Below are positions 25,247 to 33,417 of a stretch of 64,000 nucleotides of DNA, piece by piece; the first letter of the stretch is position 1; each line of letters opens with the position of its first letter. Under the pieces are notes generated by a model. It saw nothing but the letters and a program-made list of their open reading frames with translations, searched no databases and had not been told where the DNA came from. This DNA is from Bacteroidaceae bacterium. GTDB lineage: Bacteria > Bacteroidota > Bacteroidia > Bacteroidales > Bacteroidaceae. Location of the stretch: contig JAILKU010000108.1 of the NCBI GenBank assembly GCA_024693505.1, positions 3,115 through 67,114 on the forward strand. The letters run 5' to 3'. A program made the position numbers and the translations under genes.

Positions 25247-26173
25247 CTATAGCTTCTTCATCTTCACTGGCTCCTTTATGGTGTAGTACATGCCATTCTC
25301 AAACGGTTTATCCTCGGCCACGATATCGCCACTGTATCTTCGGCCGTCTTTATCCGTAACGTCCAGTATTATCTTGTTATTGTACCGTTCGTCGTTTGAG
25401 ATATTCATTGCCATCACTATATTATCGCCAAAACTATAGGGGCTGACAACTACGCTACTGCCTCCATTGTTTATATATGCTTTTAATGACGGTCTCAATC
25501 CTAATTCGCTCACGTCGATTTGGTTATCATTCTCATCGTAGAATGCCATTTTGAAGCTGATCATGCTCTGTTCCGCTTCCAGGACTACTTCCTCCTTCAT
25601 CAGTCTTATAAGTCCTTCTGTCGTATTCCATACTTTGGCACTCCCGATGTAATAAGCGTAATGGATTTCATCTCCGGGCCGGCCCGTTTGTTTCGGATCG
25701 TAAGCCTCGAATTTGGAAATCCCCGGTGTTGGTCTCAGATACCAATGTCCTACCTTTGTAACCACGAGGTCGATGTATTCTTCGGCATTCCAGTTCTCCG
25801 GCACGTAGTAGAATAGGAGCTGGTCGTTCCCCTCGACATCCCCCGTCAGCTCTCCGTCCACGACAAGCTTTGCCTGAGCATCCCCCGCCGTCTCCGCTTT
25901 GAGGCAACCGTTGAGCAGTTTGCGCCGCGTCTTGTTCCTGATGTAAATCCTGTCCGTCGGAGCGAAGCTTTGCATCAGCGGCCGTGCATAATCGCCAGCG
26001 GCTTCACTCTTCACGGCAAATTTTGCCGTAGCCTCAATCTGCCATTTCATCACTTCGGGCTTCGGCTCGGGCTCTTCTTTGTCGGAACATCCCGTCCAAG
26101 CCACTGCCGGCAGCATCAGCACTGCTGTCATGCCCGCTGCCCATTGTCTGAATAGTTTCCTCATCGCTTTCAT
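25247..26173 (-). CDS. lipoprotein, fimbrillin-like paralog 2
   Basis: 308 aa with lipobox AVAWTGCSDK. Paralogous to 24020-24985 along its full length. Confidence 0.6.
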   Translation of the reverse strand: MKAMRKLFRQWAAGMTAVLMLPAVAWTGCSDKEEPEPKPEVMKWQIEATAKFAVKSEAAGDYARPLMQSFAPTDRIYIRNKTRRKLLNGCLKAETAGDAQAKLVVDGELTGDVEGNDQLLFYYVPENWNAEEYIDLVVTKVGHWYLRPTPGISKFEAYDPKQTGRPGDEIHYAYYIGSAKVWNTTEGLIRLMKEEVVLEAEQSMISFKMAFYDENDNQIDVSELGLRPSLKAYINNGGSSVVVSPYSFGDNIVMAMNISNDERYNNKIILDVTDKDGRRYSGDIVAEDKPFENGMYYTIKEPVKMKKL

Positions 26174-26221
26174 AATACATTATATATTATTATATATGTT
26201 CTGCTCTCGCATGCCCCTTTT

Positions 26222-26618
26222 TCATAGCCGGATGCCGTAGGTCAGGCGCGTGCGCCACTTCTCGCTCTCTATCTCCAGGTGCTTCTTGTTGCCGATGTTG
26301 GTGAAGTAGTACACGCCGGAGAGCGCCGCGAACATGTTGCGCCCGATCTGGTACACGACGGCGTCCCCGGAAGTGGCCGCCCTCGTTGAAGCCCTCGGTG
26401 TTGAGCTTCGCGCCCGCGGTATTGAATCTCGCGGACAGGGTGAAGCGCGTCGTGGGCCGGGTCACGTAGTTCGTGTCTATCTTCGCCGCCCTGTAGCGCT
26501 GGAGCATCATGCTGTCCACCCTGAGCACCTGTCTCACAATTTTCTTCTGCCCCGATGCGCCTCCGCTCACCGCCAAGCAAATCGCCGTTATCAGAATTAT
26601 GACCCAATTTCGTCTCAT
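26222..26618 (-). pseudogene. small exported protein gene with a 1-nt frameshift
   Basis: The frame from ATG 26616-26618 (MRRNWVIILITAICLAVSGGASG...NEGGHF) turns into Arg-rich nonsense after the CCGGGG run (26365-26370). The +1 frame continues sensibly (GDAVVYQIGRNMFAALSGVYYFTNIGNKKHLEIESEKWRTRLTYGIRL*) to TGA 26222-26224. Confidence 0.6.
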
Positions 26619-26625
26619 AGCGTTG

Positions 26626-26633
26626 CAAAAATA
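26626..26633 (-). promoter_or_regulatory. candidate -7 box (TATTTTTG on minus strand) for the 26618 operon
   Basis: The plus strand reads CAAAAATA, 8 nt from the start codon. Confidence 0.35.
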
Positions 26634-26666
26634 CAAAAAATGGTGCAATATTTAAAATATTCTTTG

Positions 26667-26674
26667 TACTTTTG
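26667..26674 (+). promoter_or_regulatory. candidate -7 box (TACTTTTG) for the LTA-synthase-family gene
   Basis: TACTTTTG about 60 nt upstream of ATG 26734. Confidence 0.35.
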
Positions 26675-26733
26675 TGCCCACAAACGTAAAATTTGGCCTG
26701 AACGGGCCGGATTTCTACCTAAATCGACGTCGA

Positions 26734-28770
26734 ATGCACAATATCCGAACCTCAAACTACCCGATACGCGACCTGCTGGGCATGATCCGCGCGCTGGTCA
26801 TCCTGCTCGCCGCCCTCTACGCCAGCTTCGCCCTCTGCCGCATGGCATTCCTGCTCACTAACTGGCATCTCTACGCCGGCAACCTCACGTTCCGGCACGC
26901 CGTTGAGCTGTTCCGCGCCGGCTTCATCTTCGACACGCCCGCGATTCTCTATCTCAACGCGCCGATATTGGTATTCGTGCTCCTGCCGCTGCATCTCAAG
27001 GAACGGCCGGGCTTCTACCGGTGCCTGCGCTGGATGTTCGTGATTGTGAACTTCGTCGGCGTGGCCGCAAATCTCATCGACTGCGTCTATTTCCCCTTCA
27101 CGGGCAAGCGCAGCACGGCCTCCGTCTTCCAGGAGTTCAGCCACGAGGGCGCGGGCGGCATGCTCGGCATCTTCGCGGGCCAGGCCCTGCGCCACTGGTA
27201 CCTCGTCGCGCTCGCGATGTTCCTCATCTGGTTCCTCTGGCGCATGTTCCGTCCCCGCCCGGAGGAAATCCGGCGTCCGCAGAGCATGCTGGCATACTAT
27301 TTCAACCGCACCGTGCTCCTGCTGCTGGCCATCCCGCTCGCGGTCATCGCCATCCGGGGCGGAGTGGGGAAGTCCACGCGCCCCATCACCATCAGCAATG
27401 CCAACGAGTACGCCGACCGGCCCGCGGAGACCGGAATCATCCTCAACACGCCGTTCTCCGTCATCCGCACCTTGAAGAAAACGCCCTTCCAAGTGCCCGA
27501 CTATATGCCGGACACCGAGGCCCGGGCCCTCTTCTCGCCCGTCCACATCCCGGCGGACACAATCCGGTTCCGGCCGAGGAACATCGTGATCCTGATACTC
27601 GAAAGTTTCAGCAAGCAGCACTTCGGCTACTATAACAGGTCCCTGCGCGGGGGCAAGTACGCGGGGTTCACACCCTTCCTGGACTCGCTCCTGGCCAATA
27701 ATTGCGCCCTGACGTTTCAGTACTCCTACGCCAACGGCCGGAAAAGCATCGAGGGCATGCCGTCTGTCCTCTCCTCGCTGCCGAATTACGTAGAACCGCT
27801 TTTCCTTACCCCCGCCTCGCTCAACCATTTGTCCGGCCTGGCTCGCGAACTGGGCGAACGGAAGGGCTACGAGACAGCTTTCTTCCACGGTGCCCAGAAC
27901 TCGTCGATGGGTTTCCATGCCTTCGCCCGCGCTACGGGTTTCAAGCGCTATTTCGGGCGCACCGAATATAACAGCGACCCCGAAACGGGCGGCGACGCGG
28001 ACTTCGACGGCACGTGGGCCGTGTGGGACGAGGAGTTTCTGCAGTTCTACGTCCGCCGCATGTCCGAGATGCATCAGCCCTTCATGACCGCCGTCTTCAC
28101 GGCCTCGTCTCACGACCCGTTTGCCTTGCCCGAGCGCTACAGGGGCGTATTCCCGCGCGGAGAGAGCCCTCTCCAGGAATGCATCGCCTACACCGACCAC
28201 GCGCTGAGGCAGTTCTTCCTCGCGGCGAAGGAAAAACCGTGGTTCGACAACACCATCTTCGTCCTGACGGCCGATCACACGAGCCAGAATATCGATCCCT
28301 GCTATACGACGTCCCTCGGCCACTACAGCGTTCCCATCATCTTCTACGCGCCGGGCGATACCTTGCTCCGCGGATACAATACCGAGAGCGTGGTGCAGCA
28401 AACCGACATCATGCCCACCGTCCTCGGACTCCTGAACTACGACAAACCGTACGTCGCCTTCGGCAACGACATCCTCAATACCCCTCCCTCGGCCTCGTTC
28501 GCCCTACATTGGCTTCCCGAAGTCAGCGGCTACGAGTACGTCCGCGGAGATTACCTTCTCCAGTTCGACGGCAAGCAGACAACTGCGGCCTTCGCCTTCC
28601 GCTCCGACTCGTTACTGCATCAAAATATCCTCTCCACAATCCCGCCCGACACCCTCGACCTCCTCGAAAGGCATATGAAATCCGTCATCCAGCAATACAT
28701 GCAGCGAATGACCATGGACCAGCTCACGGTCAAGGAAGACGAGCAGCAGGAGGAGAGGATAGAAAAGTAG
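26734..28770 (+). CDS. LTA synthase family protein (membrane sulfatase-fold phosphoglycerol/phosphoethanolamine transferase-like)
   Basis: About 678 aa from ATG 26734. Five N-terminal TM helices, then a sulfatase-fold domain (NIVILILESFSKQHFGYYN; TADHTSQN). Confidence 0.8.
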   Translation: MHNIRTSNYPIRDLLGMIRALVILLAALYASFALCRMAFLLTNWHLYAGNLTFRHAVELFRAGFIFDTPAILYLNAPILVFVLLPLHLKERPGFYRCLRWMFVIVNFVGVAANLIDCVYFPFTGKRSTASVFQEFSHEGAGGMLGIFAGQALRHWYLVALAMFLIWFLWRMFRPRPEEIRRPQSMLAYYFNRTVLLLLAIPLAVIAIRGGVGKSTRPITISNANEYADRPAETGIILNTPFSVIRTLKKTPFQVPDYMPDTEARALFSPVHIPADTIRFRPRNIVILILESFSKQHFGYYNRSLRGGKYAGFTPFLDSLLANNCALTFQYSYANGRKSIEGMPSVLSSLPNYVEPLFLTPASLNHLSGLARELGERKGYETAFFHGAQNSSMGFHAFARATGFKRYFGRTEYNSDPETGGDADFDGTWAVWDEEFLQFYVRRMSEMHQPFMTAVFTASSHDPFALPERYRGVFPRGESPLQECIAYTDHALRQFFLAAKEKPWFDNTIFVLTADHTSQNIDPCYTTSLGHYSVPIIFYAPGDTLLRGYNTESVVQQTDIMPTVLGLLNYDKPYVAFGNDILNTPPSASFALHWLPEVSGYEYVRGDYLLQFDGKQTTAAFAFRSDSLLHQNILSTIPPDTLDLLERHMKSVIQQYMQRMTMDQLTVKEDEQQEERIEK

Positions 28771-28785
28771 ATCATGGAAGATGAT

Positions 28786-28951
28786 CGCCCTTTTCGAAAT
28801 CTCGAAATCCCGATCATCACAATCTCCCGCCCTTTTCAAAATCTCGAAATTTCGATCATCGGCGCTTCCCGCCGCTTTCGAAATATCGAAATCCCGAACA
28901 TCGGAAAACGATGCCCCTTTCCCAATCTCGAAATCCCGTTCCTCATAATCC
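28786..28951. repeat. tandem array 3: about 4 copies of a 42-44-nt unit, a divergent subfamily of arrays 1 and 2
   Basis: Units at 28786-28827, 28828-28869, 28870-28913 and 28914-28951. Core is TTTCGAAATCTCGAAATCCCGATCATC. Confidence 0.8.
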
Positions 28952-29018
28952 CCCCCTTTTTCCATAGCTCGGTTTTCCCATCTTCCCCAACTCCCTCAAA
29001 TTTGCCCATAAAGAAAGA

Positions 29019-29039
29019 GCGGCAGAATAAATCTGCCGC
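29019..29039. terminator. hairpin between convergent LTA-synthase-family and ppiD genes
   Basis: GCGGCAGA / TCTGCCGC, 8-bp stem with a 5-nt loop. Confidence 0.5.
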
Positions 29040-29078
29040 CCCTTCGCGCTTATGGAAAAATAAAACTAGAGAATAGAC

Positions 29079-31232
29079 TTAATAGAAGATATAACGCTTG
29101 TCGTCAATCTTCGCTTTCTGATACAGTTCACTAATATAGGAATTCAGAGCACGGCGATTCTGCTGCGTTGCAGTAGTAGCCTCCTGCTTTTCATCGAATT
29201 TGTCACTCAAAGTCTTCTGTTCCAGAACCTGATATGCATAAACGCCGCCATTTCCCTTAATACCGGTGCGGAAATCACCCTTCTTTGCCGTGCTTACGGA
29301 ACCACTGAGAGCCGGTTCACTGCTAGCAACCTTCGAAACGAACGTATTGCTGGACAGAGTAATGTGTTTGATCGTGTCGCTGACAGCATCGGAAATCTTA
29401 GCTACGTCGGCCACGCTCTTGGCGTCCTTCATCTTATCCCGAAGTATCTCAGCCTTCTTCTCTTTCATAACTTCCGTAGTCAGGAATGACTTAACTTGCT
29501 CGTCGCTCCAAGGAAGGTAACCTTTTTTATGGATGCCGTCCAGGATGACAACAAGAAGGTGATTGTTTTCACCGCATTCGTACAGCGGAGACACTTCTCC
29601 CGCGCGCGTATCCTTATTAAATATCCATCGCATGGCCTCCCGCGTACTGCGAACACCTGCCACATTATGTTCTGTGCTACTCAGAGCCTGGCGTGTTTGC
29701 AGCGTGTATCCTGCACCGGCCGCGTTAGCCTCGATATCCTCAGCCTTGGGGTTTCCTGCCAAGAAAGCGCTGAAGTCATTATATGCTTTGCCATAAGTTT
29801 CCTTGCTGAAATCTATGGCACGCTTAATTACAGCCAGATTATACTTCTGAACCATGTTCCGACGGTCTGTAACCTGGGCAATGATGATACCCTGGCCGTC
29901 CAGTACTATCTTGTTATATACGTTTACGGGTGCAGTGGTCAGAGTTTCAATGAAATGACGGTCGGCTTCGCCTACAGTCATACCCTCGTACTGTGCGCTG
30001 ACGAGCCAGTTCTTCAGGGCGGGCTGATTGTACTTCTTGGCGATCGTGTCGAATACCTCACCACTATTCAGTGCTGTCATAATGCTGTCGGCTGTCTTCT
30101 CAACAGCTGCCATATCAGCACCTGGCACAATGAGCTGGCGGTATTCAACGGAGTCGGGACGAATGACAGTCGCAAGACGGCGTACAATGTTCAGCGTATT
30201 GTCTCCTTCGTTCACGAATGGACCCTTCTGGCTTCCGTCGGTCAGGGAATCCAGCTGGTGCTCAATGTCGTGAGGCAGGGCCTTGGCGCTGACGGGTAAA
30301 AGGCTATAGGGAATTTGGCTGGCTGCCTCGCGTACTGTTTTAGCGGGATCGGCACCATCAGCCAAAGCCTGAGCATAGCCGTTCATCTCATCCTCGAGAG
30401 CCTTCCTGTCTTCAGGACTAGCTTCCACGGCAATATCAATGTACTTAATGTCGCGAGTCTCCTCGGTGCTTTGGAACATGTCCTTCAATTCGTTGTACTT
30501 GGCCTTCAGATCATTGTCGGAAATTGTGATTTCGTCATCCTTAATGCTCGTATAAGGCAGTACGGCCATAAAGATGTCGCTCTCTGTGTTGCGACCGTCA
30601 AAACTGGCTTTTGCAGAAACGGGATTGCTGATAAGTGCATTGCTGAGAAGACTCTGATATTTCTGGGCCAGAGTCTGCTGGCGTACGCTCTTCTCAATGA
30701 AATTCCAATAGTTGTGCATCTGGACATATTGATCCTTTGTCTCAGAGGGCACTTCGGGATTGTTCACGATTTCGTCATACTGGGAAAGGAATTGCTTCAG
30801 TGCGTTGGCGTCAAACTGTCCCTGCTGTGTGCGAAAAGGCGTTTGGCTAAGCATTTGGTTGCGGCCTGTGTTGATGATGTCCTGCAACTCGGCGTCAGTT
30901 ACAGTGAGTCCCAGTTTCTTGCATTCCTTCTCAATGAGTTTCTGGTTAACGAGGGTCTGCCACACCTGATCGCGCATCATGGACAGCTGATCGTCTGACA
31001 GCGTCGTTAAACCATTTGAGAACTTCACCGCATCGGAATATTCTTCCACTAAGGTGTTGAAGTCTTGTACATTCACACTCTCGCCGTCAATCTTACCGAC
31101 GCGCTGGCGGCTCTCTGTCTGTGTATAAGACAGGGAGCGGACAAACTCCTCGGCGATGAAGGCAAAAAGGGCCAAACCTACGATTCCAATGATGGTTTTT
31201 CCCTTACTACGAATCTTTTGTAAAGTTGCCAT
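29079..31232 (-). CDS. ppiD: periplasmic chaperone / peptidyl-prolyl isomerase, PpiD-like
   Basis: 717 aa. N-terminal anchor MATLQKIRSKGKTIIGIVGLALFAFIAEEF, then long SurA-N/PpiD-like chaperone regions. Confidence 0.7.
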   Translation of the reverse strand: MATLQKIRSKGKTIIGIVGLALFAFIAEEFVRSLSYTQTESRQRVGKIDGESVNVQDFNTLVEEYSDAVKFSNGLTTLSDDQLSMMRDQVWQTLVNQKLIEKECKKLGLTVTDAELQDIINTGRNQMLSQTPFRTQQGQFDANALKQFLSQYDEIVNNPEVPSETKDQYVQMHNYWNFIEKSVRQQTLAQKYQSLLSNALISNPVSAKASFDGRNTESDIFMAVLPYTSIKDDEITISDNDLKAKYNELKDMFQSTEETRDIKYIDIAVEASPEDRKALEDEMNGYAQALADGADPAKTVREAASQIPYSLLPVSAKALPHDIEHQLDSLTDGSQKGPFVNEGDNTLNIVRRLATVIRPDSVEYRQLIVPGADMAAVEKTADSIMTALNSGEVFDTIAKKYNQPALKNWLVSAQYEGMTVGEADRHFIETLTTAPVNVYNKIVLDGQGIIIAQVTDRRNMVQKYNLAVIKRAIDFSKETYGKAYNDFSAFLAGNPKAEDIEANAAGAGYTLQTRQALSSTEHNVAGVRSTREAMRWIFNKDTRAGEVSPLYECGENNHLLVVILDGIHKKGYLPWSDEQVKSFLTTEVMKEKKAEILRDKMKDAKSVADVAKISDAVSDTIKHITLSSNTFVSKVASSEPALSGSVSTAKKGDFRTGIKGNGGVYAYQVLEQKTLSDKFDEKQEATTATQQNRRALNSYISELYQKAKIDDKRYIFY

Positions 31233-31281
31233 TTTTTTGTTTTTATTTTATTTTTTATACGTTATTTTCAAAATTAGCGCA

Positions 31282-31289
31282 CAAAGGTA
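31282..31289 (-). promoter_or_regulatory. candidate -7 box (TACCTTTG on minus strand) for ppiD
   Basis: The plus strand reads CAAAGGTA, about 50 nt upstream of ATG 31232. Confidence 0.35.
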
Positions 31290-31335
31290 CGAAAAAAAAA
31301 CGATAATACACCTAATTATAATAGAAAAAGTGTGT

Positions 31336-32631
31336 TTAATCTAGAACTTTGAGCTTAACAAGCTCTATCTTGGTGGTCGTATTCTGTATGATTTTGAACT
31401 CCCAATGCCCAAACTTGACAATTTCATTCAGTTTTGGGAAACTTTGGTATTCATGCAAAATAAGTCCTCCTACGGTAAGATATTCTTCACTTTCAGGCAA
31501 ATCCAAGTCCAGCACTTCGTTGGCCTTGGATATTTCTATGCGTCCTGATAGGATATATTCGTTTGTGCCTACTTGCTTGGCTACATAATTGACGTTGTCG
31601 TGTTCGTCCTCAATGTCTCCGAAAATCTCTTCCACCAAGTCTTCCAAGGTGACGATTCCGCTGGTGCCTCCGAACTCGTCCACAACGACGGCCAGCGACT
31701 TCTTTTGACTGGTGAAGGTACTCAACAGTTTTTGCGCATTCATCGTTTCCGGCACAATGGGTACTTCGCGAATGCATTTTGTCCAGTCTTCATTCTCTTT
31801 TAGGCGGAACATCTCAGATGAGTGTATGAATCCAACGATGTTATCAATGTCTTCTTGATATACGATGATTTTACTATGTCCGCTTTCAATGAATCGACTC
31901 TTCAGTACGCGGAGATCTGCGTCGCGGTCCACAGCATCAATCTCTGTGCGGGGTACGATGCAGTCGCGCACCTTTACGCTGCTGAAATCTAATGCATTCT
32001 GAAAGATCTTTACTTCATCTTCTATTTCTTCCTCATTTTCTATGTTATCTATATTGCTCTGTATCAGATAGTCCAGATCTATCTTTGTAAAGGCCTTTTC
32101 TTGCTTGTTCTTCTCAACTTTCAGTCCTACAATACGCAGTAAGAGTTTGCTTAAGGCGCTGGTGAATTTGCTGATGGGCCATAGGATGATGTAGAAGATG
32201 TATGCTGGCAGGGAAAACAGTCTCATCATACGATTCGGATTGAGGCGAAATAGTGTCTTGGGCAAGAATTCTCCAGTGAAAAGAACTACTAATGTGCTGA
32301 CCAAAGTTTGGATGAGCAGGCAGATACCGTCGTTCGGACAGTTGCCCTCGGGATGATGTATGCCTAACGGCTCCAATATTAGTCGGCTGATAAGTTTGGC
32401 CATTAGGATGCCGTATATGACTAACGCAATGTTGTTACCTACTAAAAGGGAGGAGATGAAACTGTTCGGATGCTTATAAAATGTATCAATAAGATGGGCA
32501 GTGAAATCTTGTTCTTCGCGATCCATTTCAAATCGCAGCTTACTGCTTGACACAAATGCAATCTCCATTCCAGAGAAAAAAGCAGAGAATAGCAGAACTA
32601 TGATTGTGCTGATAAAAAGTTGTGAATCCAA
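31336..32631 (-). CDS. CNNM/HlyC-CorC family membrane protein (DUF21-CBS-CorC; GldE-like)
   Basis: 431 aa. N-terminal TM domain, CBS-pair region (VRDCIVPRTEIDAVD...) and C-terminal CorC/HlyC domain (TLEDLVEEIFGDIEDEHD). Confidence 0.8.
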   Translation of the reverse strand: MDSQLFISTIIVLLFSAFFSGMEIAFVSSSKLRFEMDREEQDFTAHLIDTFYKHPNSFISSLLVGNNIALVIYGILMAKLISRLILEPLGIHHPEGNCPNDGICLLIQTLVSTLVVLFTGEFLPKTLFRLNPNRMMRLFSLPAYIFYIILWPISKFTSALSKLLLRIVGLKVEKNKQEKAFTKIDLDYLIQSNIDNIENEEEIEDEVKIFQNALDFSSVKVRDCIVPRTEIDAVDRDADLRVLKSRFIESGHSKIIVYQEDIDNIVGFIHSSEMFRLKENEDWTKCIREVPIVPETMNAQKLLSTFTSQKKSLAVVVDEFGGTSGIVTLEDLVEEIFGDIEDEHDNVNYVAKQVGTNEYILSGRIEISKANEVLDLDLPESEEYLTVGGLILHEYQSFPKLNEIVKFGHWEFKIIQNTTTKIELVKLKVLD

Positions 32632-32704
32632 TGTGACTAATATTTAATATGATGTATATGGAAGATGAATTATTAAACTTTACTTTTCCTAAAACGGTCT
32701 TTAT

Positions 32705-33406
32705 TTATGGTGGCGATACTTGACGCGTATTGCTCCCCTCGTCATTTTGAGTCGGAGCAGGGGCGTTCTCCTGAGACTCGGTGTCGGAAACAGGGAAGGC
32801 GCCTGCCGAGTTGCTGACCACGTATTTCGTCATTTGTTCATTACTGCGAAACTCTGTACCCTTCAATTCTCTTTCAGGTGTTATGATGTGCATAAACTTG
32901 TGGCTCCACATCTCATGGGCATCCATATCCCAAAAGAGTTCTTCCGTATGAAACACCTCGTCGTTTATGTTACGGATAACCACTCTTCCCCTTAATTCCC
33001 ACATGTTCTGTTTATGCAGGTAGGCTGTGTCCGATTGGACGTAGAGGTCGATGTGGAAGTTCTCGTCGAAACGTTCCATGAGCAGGCCTTTCATGAATTT
33101 CCATGTGGCCGGCTCGTTGTTTATGGAGTATATATCCCACTCCTCAGCAACCATGTGATAGCGCATGACGCCAGAGTCTGAGATGAGTGTGTTTATACCT
33201 CGGGCATGCATGAAGGGCAGCGAATCTTCGTCGTTTACGGCCTCAGCCATGTGCTCTGTTTCCTGATTGCAGGAGAAAGTAAGCAGGAAGCATAATACGG
33301 CCAAAAAACATCCTATCTTCGGAGGTTGCCGATGATTCTTCTTGTTTGAGGCGGGCGTTAGCTTTTCTCGTTCTAGTTGGACTGGATGGCCTGTATCGAC
33401 TCTCAT
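32705..33406 (-). CDS. lptC: LPS export periplasmic protein LptC-like
   Basis: 233 aa with a lipoprotein-like signal (LLTFSCNQ). Size and position (between the CNNM gene and an OMP gene, upstream of ppiD) match Bacteroidales lptC loci. The family call is from memory. Confidence 0.55.
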   Translation of the reverse strand: MRVDTGHPVQLEREKLTPASNKKNHRQPPKIGCFLAVLCFLLTFSCNQETEHMAEAVNDEDSLPFMHARGINTLISDSGVMRYHMVAEEWDIYSINNEPATWKFMKGLLMERFDENFHIDLYVQSDTAYLHKQNMWELRGRVVIRNINDEVFHTEELFWDMDAHEMWSHKFMHIITPERELKGTEFRSNEQMTKYVVSNSAGAFPVSDTESQENAPAPTQNDEGSNTRQVSPP

Positions 33407-33417
33407 TCCCCAGCTGA

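Noticed and set aside
25030-25359. Repeat-peptide ORFs running through the arrays (25030-25359, 25049-25252, 15587-15781, 15666-15920, 28774-29076; e.g. RPSGFQTTDFDVRL repeated) as genes for repetitive or RiPP-like peptides.
   Set aside because: Two frames are open at once, as expected for any period divisible by 3. Several open with non-ATG codons. They overlap the 3' ends of real genes or terminator hairpins, and no upstream -7 box is present. Coding cannot be excluded without expression data, but nothing supports it.
15547-29078. The GC-rich accessory segment as a classical integrative element, prophage or ICE.
   Set aside because: No integrase, transposase, relaxase, phage structural gene or tRNA attachment site is recognisable. 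Gene content is surface and envelope proteins only.
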